Assembly: GCA_027021705.1 (NCBI GenBank)
Contig: JALUTT010000170.1
Span: 17,616-81,615, forward strand
Origin: Anaerolineae bacterium
GTDB lineage: Bacteria; Chloroflexota; Anaerolineae; S140-20
Length of the DNA stretch: 64,000 bases
Direction of reading: 5' to 3'
This document shows positions 18,504 to 29,700 of this stretch, piece by piece; the stretch's first letter is position 1, and each line of letters starts with the position of its first letter. The position numbers were made by a program, and so were the translations under genes. The notes below the pieces were generated by a model. That model saw only the letters and a program-made list of their open reading frames with translations, had not been told where the DNA came from and searched no databases.

Positions 18504-19916
18504 TCAGTAAGCGTTCCGATCCGTAAAGAGCTGAAACAGCGTGCGGACGATGATCTTGAAGTCCAGCCACAAGGACCAGTTCTCGATGTACCAGAGGTCG
18601 TATTTGGTCCGCTCGGCGATGGAGGTGTCCCCCCGCAGCCCGTTGACCTGGGCCCAGCCGGTGAGCCCCGCCTTCTCCCGGTGGCGCTCCATGTAGCGGG
18701 GGATGCTGCGCCGGAACTGGTTGACGTAGACGGGCCGCTCGGGCCGGGGGCCGACCAGGCTCATGTCGCCCAGGAGGACGTTGATCAACTGGGGAAGCTC
18801 GTCAATGGACAGCCGGCGCAGGATGCGCCCCAGCCGCGTGACCCGGGGATCCCCCGGCCGCGTCCAGCCGGGGCCGTCCGCCTCGGCGTCGGCCCGCATC
18901 GAGCGGAACTTCAGCATCATAAAGGGCCGGGCGTCCAGCCCCATCCGCTCCTGGGCGTAGAAGACCGGGCCGGGGGAGTCCAGCTTGATCAGGATGGCCG
19001 TCAGCAACATCAGCGGCGAGAGGAGGACCAGCGCCACGGCGCTGCCCACGATGTCCACCGCCCGCTTGACGGCCAGCCGCCAGCCCCGCAGGGCCACGTC
19101 CCGCACGGTGATCAGGGGCAGCCCCCCCAGGTCGCCGATGGAGACCTGGCTGGCCATGATCTGGAAGAGGTCGGGGAAGACCTTGATGCTGACGGAGCCC
19201 CGGTCGCACTGGGAGAGGAGCATCAGCAGCTCCTGGTGGGTGGCCTCGGGCAGGGCGATGATCACCTCGTTGACGTCGTACTGCTCGATCAACTCGCCCA
19301 GCCGGTCGGCGGTGCCCACCACCGGTGCGCCCACGATCTGGTTCTCCGCCCCGTTGGTGGCGACAACTCCCACCACCTCGTAGCCCAACTGGGGGGACCA
19401 CCGGATCTTCTGGAGGATCATCCGGCCCACCTCCCCCGTGCCCACGATAAGCACCCGGTCAGTCCCCCATCCCTGGGCCTGGAAGTGGGCCTTGACCTTG
19501 TGGTGGACCAGCCGCCCCCCGGTCACCAGGACGATGGTCAGCAACCAGGCGTAGAGGATCATCGCCCGCGAGTAGTCCAGCTCCAGGACGCTGTTCTTGA
19601 AGACGAAGCTGGTGATGGCGACCGAGAGGAGGGTGCCGACGGAGACGCCGCCGAAGATCTGGTAGAACTCGTCAATGCGGGAGACGGCCCGGGCCAGGTG
19701 GTAGAGGCGGGTGGCGAAGAAGACGACCAGGATGGTGATCACTTGGATCACCATCATCCCCACGTAGTTGGAGAAGGGGCCGAGGTTGACCGCCTTGCTG
19801 GGCCAGTCAATCCAGAGCCGGAGCCAGTAGGCCAGGTAGAAGGCCAGGGCGGTCATTCCCGCGTCCAGCAGCACCTGGAGGATGGTGAAGAAGGCCCGAA
19901 CCCGTCGCTTGCTCAT
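18504..19916 (-). CDS. Undecaprenyl-phosphate glucose phosphotransferase (WcaJ/GumD family)
   Basis: KRAVD, DSPGPVFY, KFRSM, DELPQLINVLLGDMSLVGPRPE, GLTGWAQV, DLWYIENWS. Confidence 0.95.
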   Translation of the reverse strand: MSKRRVRAFFTILQVLLDAGMTALAFYLAYWLRLWIDWPSKAVNLGPFSNYVGMMVIQVITILVVFFATRLYHLARAVSRIDEFYQIFGGVSVGTLLSVAITSFVFKNSVLELDYSRAMILYAWLLTIVLVTGGRLVHHKVKAHFQAQGWGTDRVLIVGTGEVGRMILQKIRWSPQLGYEVVGVVATNGAENQIVGAPVVGTADRLGELIEQYDVNEVIIALPEATHQELLMLLSQCDRGSVSIKVFPDLFQIMASQVSIGDLGGLPLITVRDVALRGWRLAVKRAVDIVGSAVALVLLSPLMLLTAILIKLDSPGPVFYAQERMGLDARPFMMLKFRSMRADAEADGPGWTRPGDPRVTRLGRILRRLSIDELPQLINVLLGDMSLVGPRPERPVYVNQFRRSIPRYMERHREKAGLTGWAQVNGLRGDTSIAERTKYDLWYIENWSLWLDFKIIVRTLFQLFTDRNAY

Positions 19917-19928
19917 CTTCCTCCTCCT

Positions 19929-20834
19929 TCAAGGACGCCGGCGCAGGGCCAGCCGCAGCCGCACCCAGCCATCCCGCAGGCCGATGCCCGCCAAGACGAG
20001 GAGGTGGAGCCAGCGGGGGGTGGTGGCGGCGTAGTGCTTCTCGTAGAAGATGCGCATCGCCCGGTTGAACTCGATCTGAGCGCGGGCACTGCGCCGGCTG
20101 GAAGCCCGCTTCACGTGGTGGACGATCACCTCCGGGTAGTAGTAGACCTTCCACCCCGCCTCTTTGATCCGCTTGGCCCAGTCCAGGTCCTCACCGTACA
20201 TAAAGAACGCCTCATCCAGGAGCCCCACCTGACGGATCGCCTCCCCGCGCACCAGCATACAGGCCCCGACAACGGCGTCCACCTCCGCCGTCTCGTCGGG
20301 GTCCAGGTAGGTCAGGTTGTAGCGCCCAAAACGGCGGCTGCGGGGGAAGAGCTTGCTCAGCCCCGTCATCCGCCAGAAGGAGACCTCCGGCGTGGGGAAG
20401 CTGCGCCGGCAGGCCAGGTCCAGCGAGCCATCCATCCGCAGCAGCTTGGGGCCGACGATGCCCGCCTCGGGGTGCCGGGCCATGAAGTCCAGCAGCCCCT
20501 GGAGCGCCCGAGGGGGAACGACGGTGTCCGGGTTGAGCAGGAGGGCGAAGGAAGGGGGAGGGGTGGGGGCGGGGGGCTCGCCGGGGGCGCGGAAGCCCAG
20601 GGCCCGCAGCCCCAGGTTGTTGGCGTAGGCGTAGCCGCCGTTGACGGGGGAGCGGATGAGGCGCACCTGGGGGAAGGTCTGGGCCACCATCTCGGCGCTG
20701 CCGTCCTGGGAGGCGTTGTCCACAACGCACACCTCAAAGGCGAAATCCCCCTCGCTGGCGAAGAGGGAGGCGAGGCAGTCCCGCAGCAGATCGCGGGTGT
20801 TGTAGTTGACGATCACAACCCCCAGGTCCGACAT
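19929..20834 (-). CDS. Glycosyltransferase family 2 (WbbL-like)
   Basis: VIVNYN, VVDNASQDGS, LLLNPD, FMYGEDLDW. Confidence 0.93.
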   Translation of the reverse strand: MSDLGVVIVNYNTRDLLRDCLASLFASEGDFAFEVCVVDNASQDGSAEMVAQTFPQVRLIRSPVNGGYAYANNLGLRALGFRAPGEPPAPTPPPSFALLLNPDTVVPPRALQGLLDFMARHPEAGIVGPKLLRMDGSLDLACRRSFPTPEVSFWRMTGLSKLFPRSRRFGRYNLTYLDPDETAEVDAVVGACMLVRGEAIRQVGLLDEAFFMYGEDLDWAKRIKEAGWKVYYYPEVIVHHVKRASSRRSARAQIEFNRAMRIFYEKHYAATTPRWLHLLVLAGIGLRDGWVRLRLALRRRP

Positions 20835-21000
20835 AGCGCCCCGTATTCTAACACGGCTGGAGAGGGCGGTCAACCACTCCCCCTTTACGCCCTCTTTACG
20901 TCAATTTTATGCCGTCCTTATGGTTTCCTTCTTCCTTATGAACTACAATGCGTTTGAACGAGCCCACCGTTGGCTGTTGGACAAGACCCTATCGCAGAAG

Positions 21001-22530
21001 ATGCTCCACCAATTCGTTCGACAGAACCGAGCCTTGCTGCGCAAGTTGGTGACCGGCTGGCAGGCCATCGGGGCGGAGGGATTCGCCTGGTATGGACCGA
21101 AGGGGGAGAGCCTCTACGTCGCGGGTGACCTGATGCAGAAGATGCTCCTGCAGGCCACCCTAGCCGGCTTCGGTCGTCTGGTCGTCGCCTTCCCCGACGA
21201 CCAGCCTCGCCTGCCGGTCCAGAAGATGCTGGAGGCCCAGGCCAGTATGCTCGAGAGCCTCCTACGCCGGGAGCGGGAGCTGGAGCAGATGACCGCTGAG
21301 TTGATGCGCTCCTACGACCAGCTCGTCGCCATGTACAATGTTTCCCAGGTCTTTCGGAGCCGACTGGAGCCTGAGGCGGTCCTCCTCTCCCTGTTGGAGC
21401 AAGCCGTCCACCTGACAGGGGCCCGGCGCGGCTGTATCGGGCTGGACCTCGAGGGGAGTGGCGAGGTGCGAGTCCTGACCTATCCGGAGGACCCGCCCGA
21501 GGACGAATCTCTGATCGCGCGGGTGCTCGCCTACGTGCGTCGGACGGGACGGGTCCTGCTGGCCAACGCGCCGGCCCACTACGCCGACCTGTGGCCGGCC
21601 GATCCCGCCCCTTTCCAGCGCATTGCCGTGGCCCCCATCCGGGTGACCGAGACGGTGGTCGGCTTCCTGGGCCTCTTCGACAAGCCCACCGACTTCGAGG
21701 CGGGCGACCAGAAGCTGCTCTCCGCCCTGGCCGATGAGGGGGGAGCCCTACTGGAGCGGGACCGGCTCTACCGGGAACTGGTGGCCCGGGAGCGTATGCA
21801 ACGGGAGCTGGAGATCGCTGCCCAGATCCAGACCGGCCTCCTGCCCAAGACGGTGCCCCAGGTCCCCGGAGCCGACATCGCCGGTGCTTCCTATCCGGCC
21901 ACCGAGGTCGGTGGCGATTTCTACGACTTCTTCACCCTACCCGACGGGGAGGTGGGGTTGGTGCTGGGCGATGTGACCAGCAAAGGGGTGCCTGCTGCCC
22001 TCTTCATGGCCGTCACCCGTGCCCTCCTGCGGGCGGCCGCCCCGATCCACACCTCCCCCCGGGCCGCGCTGGCCTGGGTCAACGCCGACCTCTACGACGA
22101 CCTGAGCGAGGCCGGGATGTTCGTCACCCTCTTCCTGGCCCGCTACCGCCCGGCAGAGCGTGAACTGGTCGCCGTCAACGCCGGTCACTCGCCCGTCATC
22201 CTCTATCAGGAGGGCGAAGCACGCCTCTGGGAGGCCGACGGCCCTCCTCTGGGTGTCCTGCCGGAACTGCTGAGTGAGGACCAGACGGTCCCTCTGGCTC
22301 CAGGAGACCTCTTGGTCCTGCTCTCCGACGGCTTCAACGAAGCCCGCAACCCGGCCGGGGAGATGTTGGGCGTTGAACCCCTGTTGGAAACGGTCGTCCT
22401 CCACGCCGGTGAGTCGGCCGCCGAGATTCAGGAAGCCCTCTTGCGACGGGTGGCCGAGCACGCTCAGGGGACGCCGGCCAGCGACGATCGAACCATCGTT
22501 GTGCTGAAAAGCGTCCGGCGCCCTGCGTAG
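21001..22530 (+). CDS. GAF domain PP2C/SpoIIE (RsbU-like) phosphatase
   Basis: EVGGDFYD, LGDVTSKGVPAA, NAGH, SDG, DDRT; start uncertain. Confidence 0.92.
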   Translation: MLHQFVRQNRALLRKLVTGWQAIGAEGFAWYGPKGESLYVAGDLMQKMLLQATLAGFGRLVVAFPDDQPRLPVQKMLEAQASMLESLLRRERELEQMTAELMRSYDQLVAMYNVSQVFRSRLEPEAVLLSLLEQAVHLTGARRGCIGLDLEGSGEVRVLTYPEDPPEDESLIARVLAYVRRTGRVLLANAPAHYADLWPADPAPFQRIAVAPIRVTETVVGFLGLFDKPTDFEAGDQKLLSALADEGGALLERDRLYRELVARERMQRELEIAAQIQTGLLPKTVPQVPGADIAGASYPATEVGGDFYDFFTLPDGEVGLVLGDVTSKGVPAALFMAVTRALLRAAAPIHTSPRAALAWVNADLYDDLSEAGMFVTLFLARYRPAERELVAVNAGHSPVILYQEGEARLWEADGPPLGVLPELLSEDQTVPLAPGDLLVLLSDGFNEARNPAGEMLGVEPLLETVVLHAGESAAEIQEALLRRVAEHAQGTPASDDRTIVVLKSVRRPA

Positions 22531-22544
22531 ATTCCCGGAGAGAG

Positions 22545-22665
22545 TAACTGTTCACCCTCCCGCAGGTTGGGCGCGTTTCCGATGAGAAACCGTGCTTCCA
22601 ATAGCCCATCGGGGCTGAAAGCGCCCTCGACCGGTGACCTGCGGGAGGGTGGGCTGAATAGATAC
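22545..22665. repeat. REPIN/MITE-like element copy 2
   Basis: CACCCTCCCGCAGGT (22553) ... ACCTGCGGGAGGGTG (22651); spacer differs from copy 1 at only a few positions. Confidence 0.9.
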
Positions 22666-22676
22666 CGGGGGGAAAG

Positions 22677-23054
22677 GTGATGCCTTACCGAATCCTGGTC
22701 ATAGACGATGAACCCCATATGGCCCGTCTGGCCTCCTACGTGCTCCAGACGGCCGGCTACGAGGTGCTCACCGCCGAGGACGGCAGGGATGGGCTCAAGA
22801 AACTGGCTCAGTTTGAGCCCGATCTGGTGATCTGCGACATCACGATGCCGGAGATGGATGGCTTTGAAGTCGTCAGCACCTTGCGGGCCGATCCCCGCTG
22901 GCACCACCTGCCCGTGATCATGCTGACAGCCCGAGGGCAGGAGCAGGACATGCAGCGGGCCGAGGAGGTGGGGGCCAACAGCTACCTCACCAAACCCTTC
23001 AGTTCCCGCCAGCTTCTGGGCGAAGTACAGCGCTACCTCAACGGGATCGGCTGA
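22677..23054 (+). CDS. Single-domain response regulator (REC)
   Basis: ILVIDDE, DITMPEMDG, MLTA, KPF. Confidence 0.93.
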   Translation: MMPYRILVIDDEPHMARLASYVLQTAGYEVLTAEDGRDGLKKLAQFEPDLVICDITMPEMDGFEVVSTLRADPRWHHLPVIMLTARGQEQDMQRAEEVGANSYLTKPFSSRQLLGEVQRYLNGIG

Positions 23055-23196
23055 GCGTCGCTTGGGGAGCGGCCAGGCTGTCCAGGGCGGCCCATCTGGA
23101 TCGCCGACCCGGTCCGACCGCCTGCCCCTACAGCCGGGAACCGTCCAGACCGCCGTCGGTAAACGGTCCGTTTGCCTTACCTTGGAGGGGGGACCT

Positions 23197-26100
23197 ATGG
23201 GCTGGCAGTATCCGCCTCACCTTTTTCCCCTGGTCATAGCAGCCGTCACCTCAGCCTCGCTCGCCCTGCTCAGTTGGCGACGGCGTGCCGTGCCCGGTGC
23301 CTGGGCGTTCCTCGGACTGATGGGGGCCGTAGCTGGATGGTCACTGGGATATGCGCTGGAACTAGCGAGCGCCGACGAGGCAGCCAAGCTCTTCTGGGCC
23401 AAGGCCCAGTACCTGGGCATCGTCCTCGTACCAGCGGCCTGGCTGGTCTTCGCCCTTCAGTACACCGGTCGGGGCAGGGGGGTAACGCGCCGCTTCCTCG
23501 CCTTGCTGTCCATCGAACCCCTCATCACGTTGGCGTTGGTCTGGACCAACGAAAGTCACGGGCTGATCTGGCGTGAGCTCAGGCTGATCACTTGGGGGAA
23601 CTTCTCGCTGCTGGAATCCGTCCACGGGGCGGCCTTCTGGATCCACACCGCCTACTCCTACCTACTGCTCCTGCTGGGCACGATCTTGCTCTTCCGCACC
23701 TTCGTCTGCTCCCCCACCCTCTACCGCCGGCAGGCCGGGGCCATCCTTGTCGGCATGCTGGTCCCCTGGGCTCAGAACGCTCTCTACCTCTCCGGCCTGA
23801 ACCCCTTCTTCCCCTATCTGGACCTCACCCCCTTCGCCTTCACCGTCACGGGCTTGGCGGTAGCCTGGGCTCTCTTCCGCTTCCGACTCTTCGACATCGT
23901 GCCGGTGGCCCGCGAGGCGGTGATCGAGAGCATGGAGGAGGGCCTGATCGTCCTAGATCGGCAGAACCGCATCGTGGACATCAACCCGGCCGCCGCCCGG
24001 GTCATCGGCTGCACCATTTCGGAGGCGATCGGCCGGCCGGCCAATCAGGTGTTGGTCAAGGTCCGGGACCTGGTACAGCGTTACTGGGATGTGATGGAGG
24101 CCCACACCGAGATCACGATGGAATGGGAGGGACGCTCTTGCTACTACGACCTGCGTATCTCCCCCCTGCGCGATGAGCGGGGTCGCATCACCGGACGGGT
24201 TGTGCTTCTACGGAACATCACCAAGCGCAAGCGGGCCGAGGAGGCGCTGCGGGCCCGGGAGCAGTTTCTCGCCCTCCTGAACGAGATCACCCGGGCCGCC
24301 CTGGAGATGCCCGACCTACCCACGATGACCCAGGTCCTCGCCGACCGGCTGGGGGAGCTCTTCCACGCCGACGGCTGCTACATCACCCTCTGGGACGAAG
24401 AGCGGGAGGTCCCCATCCCGGCAGCCGCCTACGGAGAGTGGCGGGAGCGCTACCGCTCGGTGACCGTGATGCCCGATGAGACGACGGTGACCGGTTCCGT
24501 CCTGGCGGCCGGCCGCCCGTTGGTCATCGAGGATGTCTTCGACAGCCCCTACCTCAGCCGGCGCATCGCCGAGATCTTCCCCGACCGCTCGCTGTTGGCC
24601 CTCCCTCTCATCGCCCGGGAGCGGAAGCTGGGAGCGGCCCTCATCGCCTTCAACGAGATCCACCACTTCACGCCGGAGGAGATCGGCCGGGGTGAGCAGG
24701 TAGCCCAGCAGATCGCCCTGGCCCTCGACAAGGCCCTCCTGCTAGAGGAGGTGCAGGCCCAGTGGCGTGAGGCCGAGACCCTGCGCCAAGCAGCCGCAGC
24801 CATCACCGAGACCCTGAGCTTGGACGAACGGCTAGAGCGCATCCTGGTACAACTGGAGCGGGTGGTGCCCTACGACAGCGCTTCCGTCCAACTGCTGCGG
24901 GAGGGCTTCCTGGAGATCGTGGGCGGACGGGGCTTCCCCGACCCGGAAGCGGTCATCGGTCTGAAGTTCCCCATCCCTGGGGACAATCCCAACACCATAG
25001 TCGTGCTAGAGCGCAGGCCCGTCATCCTGCGCGATGCCCGATCCGCCCATCTCCCCTTCCGTCAGCCGCCTCACGACCACATCCGCTCCTGGCTGGGCGT
25101 TCCCCTCATCGTCCACGACCAGGTGATCGGCATTCTGGCTGTGGATGGCGTGGAACCCAACCGTTTCGACGACCGAGACATCCGCCTGGTCATCCCCTTC
25201 GCCAACCAGGTGGCGGTGGCCATCGAGAACGCCCGGCTCTTCGAGGAGACCCGGCGGCTGAAGGTCTTCAACGAGAACATCGTCCAGAGCGTTGCCGAGG
25301 CCATCCTCATCGAGGACGCGCGAGGCGTGCTCACCTTCGCCAATCCGGCAGCCGAGGAGATGTTGGGATACACCCGTGAGGAGCTAATCGGCCTCCACTG
25401 GACCGCTCTCACGTCCGAGGAAGAGCGTGAGAAAGTGCGGCGGGAGAGAGCCCGGCATGCTCTGGGGGCCACAGGCCGTTATGAGACGGTCCTGGTGAAC
25501 AAGGAAGGTCGGCGAATCCCTGTCATCGTCAGCGCCCGCCCCTTCTTCGAGGAGGGCCGGTTCGTCGGCGTCCTCTCCGCCCTGACCGACATCACGGAGC
25601 GCAAGCAGGCGGAGATCGAACGGGAAAAGCTCATCGAGGACCTGGATGCCTTCGCTCACACCGTCGCCCACGACCTCAAAGCTCCGCTCTCCCTCATCGT
25701 TGGCTTTGCCGAGGTCCTCTTGGAGGACTACACGGCGATGCCGGCCGAGGAGCGGGAGGAGTTCCTCAGGACCATCGTCCAGGTTGGGCGCAAGATGAGC
25801 AACATCGTGGACGAACTGCTGCTCCTGGCCAGCGTGCGCAGCGCCGAAGTGGAGATGGCGCCTCTGGATATGGCGGCCATTGTGGCCGAGGCCCAACAGC
25901 GCCTGACCTACCTGATCGCCGAGCGCCAAGCCCAGATCATCCTCCCCGAGCACTGGCCGGTGGCCTTGGGCTACGGGCCGTGGGTCGAAGAGGTTTGGGT
26001 CAACTACCTCAGCAACGCCATCAAGTACGGCGGTCAGCCGCCCCGTATCGAGTTGGGGGCGACGGTCCAGCCGGACGGCATGGTCCGGTTCTGGGTGCGC

Positions 26101-26349
26101 GACAACGGCCCCGGCCTCACGCCGGAGGAGCAGGCCCGGCTGTTCACCCCCTTCACCCGTCTCGACCAACTACGTGTCACCGGGCACGGCTTGGGGCTTT
26201 CCATCGTGCGGCGCATCGTGGAGAAGCTGGGCGGAGAGGTAGGGGTCACCAGCGAGGTTGGACAGGGGAGTACCTTCAGCTTTACGCTGGTGGGAGTTCA
26301 GGATTGTCCGGTCTCGATTGTGCCGGTGGATAGGCAGCGAGCTTGGTAG
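23197..26349 (+). CDS. HisKA_7TM-PAS-GAF-GAF-PAS histidine kinase
   Basis: 7TM N-terminus, PAS/GAF motifs, VAHDLKAPL, NYLSNAIKY, DNGPG, GHGLGL. Confidence 0.93.
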   Translation: MGWQYPPHLFPLVIAAVTSASLALLSWRRRAVPGAWAFLGLMGAVAGWSLGYALELASADEAAKLFWAKAQYLGIVLVPAAWLVFALQYTGRGRGVTRRFLALLSIEPLITLALVWTNESHGLIWRELRLITWGNFSLLESVHGAAFWIHTAYSYLLLLLGTILLFRTFVCSPTLYRRQAGAILVGMLVPWAQNALYLSGLNPFFPYLDLTPFAFTVTGLAVAWALFRFRLFDIVPVAREAVIESMEEGLIVLDRQNRIVDINPAAARVIGCTISEAIGRPANQVLVKVRDLVQRYWDVMEAHTEITMEWEGRSCYYDLRISPLRDERGRITGRVVLLRNITKRKRAEEALRAREQFLALLNEITRAALEMPDLPTMTQVLADRLGELFHADGCYITLWDEEREVPIPAAAYGEWRERYRSVTVMPDETTVTGSVLAAGRPLVIEDVFDSPYLSRRIAEIFPDRSLLALPLIARERKLGAALIAFNEIHHFTPEEIGRGEQVAQQIALALDKALLLEEVQAQWREAETLRQAAAAITETLSLDERLERILVQLERVVPYDSASVQLLREGFLEIVGGRGFPDPEAVIGLKFPIPGDNPNTIVVLERRPVILRDARSAHLPFRQPPHDHIRSWLGVPLIVHDQVIGILAVDGVEPNRFDDRDIRLVIPFANQVAVAIENARLFEETRRLKVFNENIVQSVAEAILIEDARGVLTFANPAAEEMLGYTREELIGLHWTALTSEEEREKVRRERARHALGATGRYETVLVNKEGRRIPVIVSARPFFEEGRFVGVLSALTDITERKQAEIEREKLIEDLDAFAHTVAHDLKAPLSLIVGFAEVLLEDYTAMPAEEREEFLRTIVQVGRKMSNIVDELLLLASVRSAEVEMAPLDMAAIVAEAQQRLTYLIAERQAQIILPEHWPVALGYGPWVEEVWVNYLSNAIKYGGQPPRIELGATVQPDGMVRFWVRDNGPGLTPEEQARLFTPFTRLDQLRVTGHGLGLSIVRRIVEKLGGEVGVTSEVGQGSTFSFTLVGVQDCPVSIVPVDRQRAW

Positions 26350-26362
26350 CGAGGAGGGAAAG

Positions 26363-26749
26363 ATGGCCTACATTCTCTCGATGGAAGACGAACCTCACCT
26401 CCAGCGGCTCATCCAGTACACCTTGCAGACGGCGGGGCACCGCGTCGTCGTAGCCGAAGACGGCGAGCAAGGGCTCGCCCTGGTGCGGGAGCAGCCGCCC
26501 GACCTGATCCTGCTGGACCTGCTGATGCCCAAGGTGGATGGCATAACCGTCCTGAAGGTGCTGAAGGCGGATGCCTCGACTGCCCACATCCCCATCCTCA
26601 TCGTCACCGCCAGCGCCCAGCGACACGAGGCCGAGCGTGCCATCACCCTGGGGGCCGATGGCTACTTGATCAAACCCTTTCGGGTCACCGATCTGGTTGA
26701 GCAAGTTAACCATCTGCTGATGGCCATAGGAAGGTTCAGGGAACGATGA
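26363..26749 (+). CDS. Single-domain response regulator (REC)
   Basis: MEDE, DLLMPKVDG, VTA, KPF; GAGGAG RBS. Confidence 0.92.
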   Translation: MAYILSMEDEPHLQRLIQYTLQTAGHRVVVAEDGEQGLALVREQPPDLILLDLLMPKVDGITVLKVLKADASTAHIPILIVTASAQRHEAERAITLGADGYLIKPFRVTDLVEQVNHLLMAIGRFRER

Positions 26750-29700
26750 CGGTCCAAGAGCGCGTCTACGCCATCGAGGACCTGACCCAGGATCTCACCC
26801 AGGAGAAGGTCCGCTGGTTGATCAACGCCCACTGGGTCGCGATTACCACGGTGGTGGTGGTCACGCTGGTAGCTGGCTGGCTGCAGACCAACCCCCAGAT
26901 CTGGCTGACTGGTAGTGTCGCGGCCTTCATCGCCTATCTGGGTAACCTGCTGTTCGCCTTCGTCTACCGCCGGATACCGGAGCGCTTCCTTCCCCGCGCC
27001 ATCTTCGCCATCCTGGTGCTGGATGCGACGGTGATGACGGCAGGGCTCCACTACAGCGGCGGCGTGATGAGCCCCTACGTCTACCTCTACATCCTGCCCA
27101 TCCTGATGGGCGGCGTCCTCCTCTCCAGCCGGGCCGCCTGGCTGTTGGCCCTCTTGGAAGGAGGACAGATCGCCCTCCTGACGGTGATCGAGCAGTGGGG
27201 GCTCTGGTCTCCGACCAGCACGCTGGGAGGCCATCACGTCGGCCAGAGTTCGCCGATCCAGGCAGCCGAGGCGATCTTGGCCGTCTGGGGGATGTGCGGG
27301 CTCACCGCCTTCATCTACACCTACACAGCGAACCGGTTGCATCGTCAGGAGCACCATCTGCTGGGAGCCAACCGGGCGCTCCGAGCTCGTAGCCGGGAGC
27401 TGGAAGCGCTCAACCAGGTCTCCGACGCCATTCGGGACAGCCTAGATCCCCACGAGGTGATGACGCGGGCCCTACAGGCTGCCCTGGGGGTCACCGGTCT
27501 GGATGCCGGCTGGTTCATCCTGGGGGATGGTCACGAGGTGTGGGAGTTGCCCGTGGCCCATGGGCTGACCGAGCAGATGCTCCAGGCGGAGCGTGACACC
27601 CCTCCCACCTCGGACTGCATCTGCGTGCGGGCCTTCGATACCGGTCAGATCCAGCACGCCAGCGAGATGCTGGCCTGTCCCCGCCTCGCCTGGGATACCA
27701 TCGCTGGCAGCGGCCTACGCCGCCACATCAGTGTCCCCCTCAAGGCCGGCGACCAGGTGCTGGGCGTCCTCAACCTGGCTTCCTCAGACCACCGGCGGGA
27801 ATTCAGCCCTGAGGAACTGCGCATGCTGGAGATGATGGGCACCCAGATCGGCGCGGCTCTGACCAATGCCCGTCTCTTCCAGGAGACTCAGCATCGGGCC
27901 GAGGAACTGGAGCGCCTCTATCGGGTTGCTGTGGCGGCCAGCCGGTCCTTGGACCTAGAGACCGTTCTGGAGAGCGCGTTGGACGAGGCGCTCTCCATCC
28001 CGGTCCTCGAGAGCCGGGGAGGGATCTTCCTGCTGGATGAGGACAAGGGGGTGCTCCGACTCACTGCCCACCGGGGTCTCCCTTCCGACTTCGTTGCTGG
28101 CGAACAGGAGGTCCCCCTCGGGGAGTGCCTCTGCGGCCTGGTAGCCTTGACCAAGCAGTCTTGCATCACCAGGGGCGATGATCCCCGCCACACCCGAGTC
28201 TGCCCCTTCTCCTCCTGGAGCCACGTCAGCGTCCCCATCCTCAGCCACAACCGGCTCATCGGCGTCCTCTTCGTCCACGTCCGGCCTGGCTGCACCGTAA
28301 CGGCCCAGGAGCAGCGCCTGCTGGAGACCCTTGGGCAGCAGATCGGCCTGGCTGTGGTCAACGCCCGCCTCTACGCGGCGGAGCAGGAACGGCGACGGGT
28401 TGCCGAGACGCTGCGGCAGATGGCCGGGTTGGTCAGTTCCAGCCTCGCCCTGGAGGAGGTCCTGGACCTCGCCCTCCTCGCCCTGCGTCAGATCGTCCCT
28501 TACGCCACTGCATCCATCATGCTGCGCGAGGATGATGCGATGGTGGTGACGGCGGTGCGGGGCTTCGAGGAACCGGAAAGGGTGCTGGGACGGCGTGTCT
28601 CTCTGCAGGAAGGGACCCTCTCAGCCGACATCGTGCGCTACAAGGAGCCCATCCTCCTCGACGACGTGCGCCAGGACCCCCGCTGGCTCCCCTGGGAGGA
28701 GACGGCCCACGTCCGTGCCTGGTTGGGCGTCCCCCTCATCGTCCAGGACGAGGTGATCGGCCAGCTCTCGCTCGATGGCGATCGTCCAGGGCTGTTCCGG
28801 GAGAAACACCTGGAGGCCCTGACCATCTTCGCCCAGCAGGTGGCCAATGCCATCGAGAACGCCCGGCTCTACGAGGAGGTGCGGACGAAGGAGAAGGAAC
28901 TGGCCTATCAGATTGACCACGCCTCCGATCCCATCTTCAACCTGGATGCCGAGGGGCGGTTCACCCTCTTCAACCGGGCTGCCGAAGCCCTCTCCGGCTA
29001 CTGGCGGGAGGAGATCCTGGGGCGGCCCTACACCGACCTCTTCTGCCCCGATTACCACGATGGGGTGGCCGACCTGCTCGCCAAAACCGGCGGCGAGGGC
29101 TCCCGCCCCTACGAGGTCGAGATCCTCACCAAGGACGGGGAGCGGGTGCCGGTGGAGATCCGCCTGGCTCCCCTCTACCGGGATGGACAAGTGATCGGAG
29201 CCCAGGTCATCGCCCGGGACATCCGAGAGCGGAAGCAGTTGGAGCAGATGCGGGAAGACTTCATTGCCAGCGTCTCCCATGATCTGCGCACGCCGCTGGC
29301 CTCTATCACCGGCTTCACCGAGGTGCTGCTCTCCGAGGCTCCGGGACCCTTGACCGAGGTGCAGCAGGAGTTCCTGGACATCATCGCTGAGAGCGGTGAG
29401 CGACTGCTCAAACTGGTCAACCAGATCCTGGATGTCTCCAAGCTGGACAGCGGACGCTTCGAACTCCACCCGGCTCCCGTGGACCTGCGGCTGATGGTGA
29501 AGAGCCTGGTAGATCAGATCCGCCCCTTGGCGACGAAGAAGCAGATCGCCCTGGAGGTGGAGATCGCTTCGGACCTGCCCGTCATCACGGCGGACCCGGA
29601 CCGGATGGAACGGGTGCTGGCGAACCTGCTCAGCAACGCCGTCAAATTCACGCCTGAGGGGGGCTCGGTGAGGGTGCGCCTGATGCGCAACGGGGAGGCG

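Noticed and set aside
18681..20957. 758-aa plus-strand ORF and similar long antisense ORFs (14782, 28621, 34799, 38915, 45086)
   Set aside because: Opposite to well-supported genes; expected in high-GC DNA; no motifs.
22334..22907. Short ORFs sharing PPSRRSPVEGAFSPDGLLEARF (also at 14559 and 33428)
   Set aside because: Translations of the repeat element, not a protein family; frames and starts are inconsistent.
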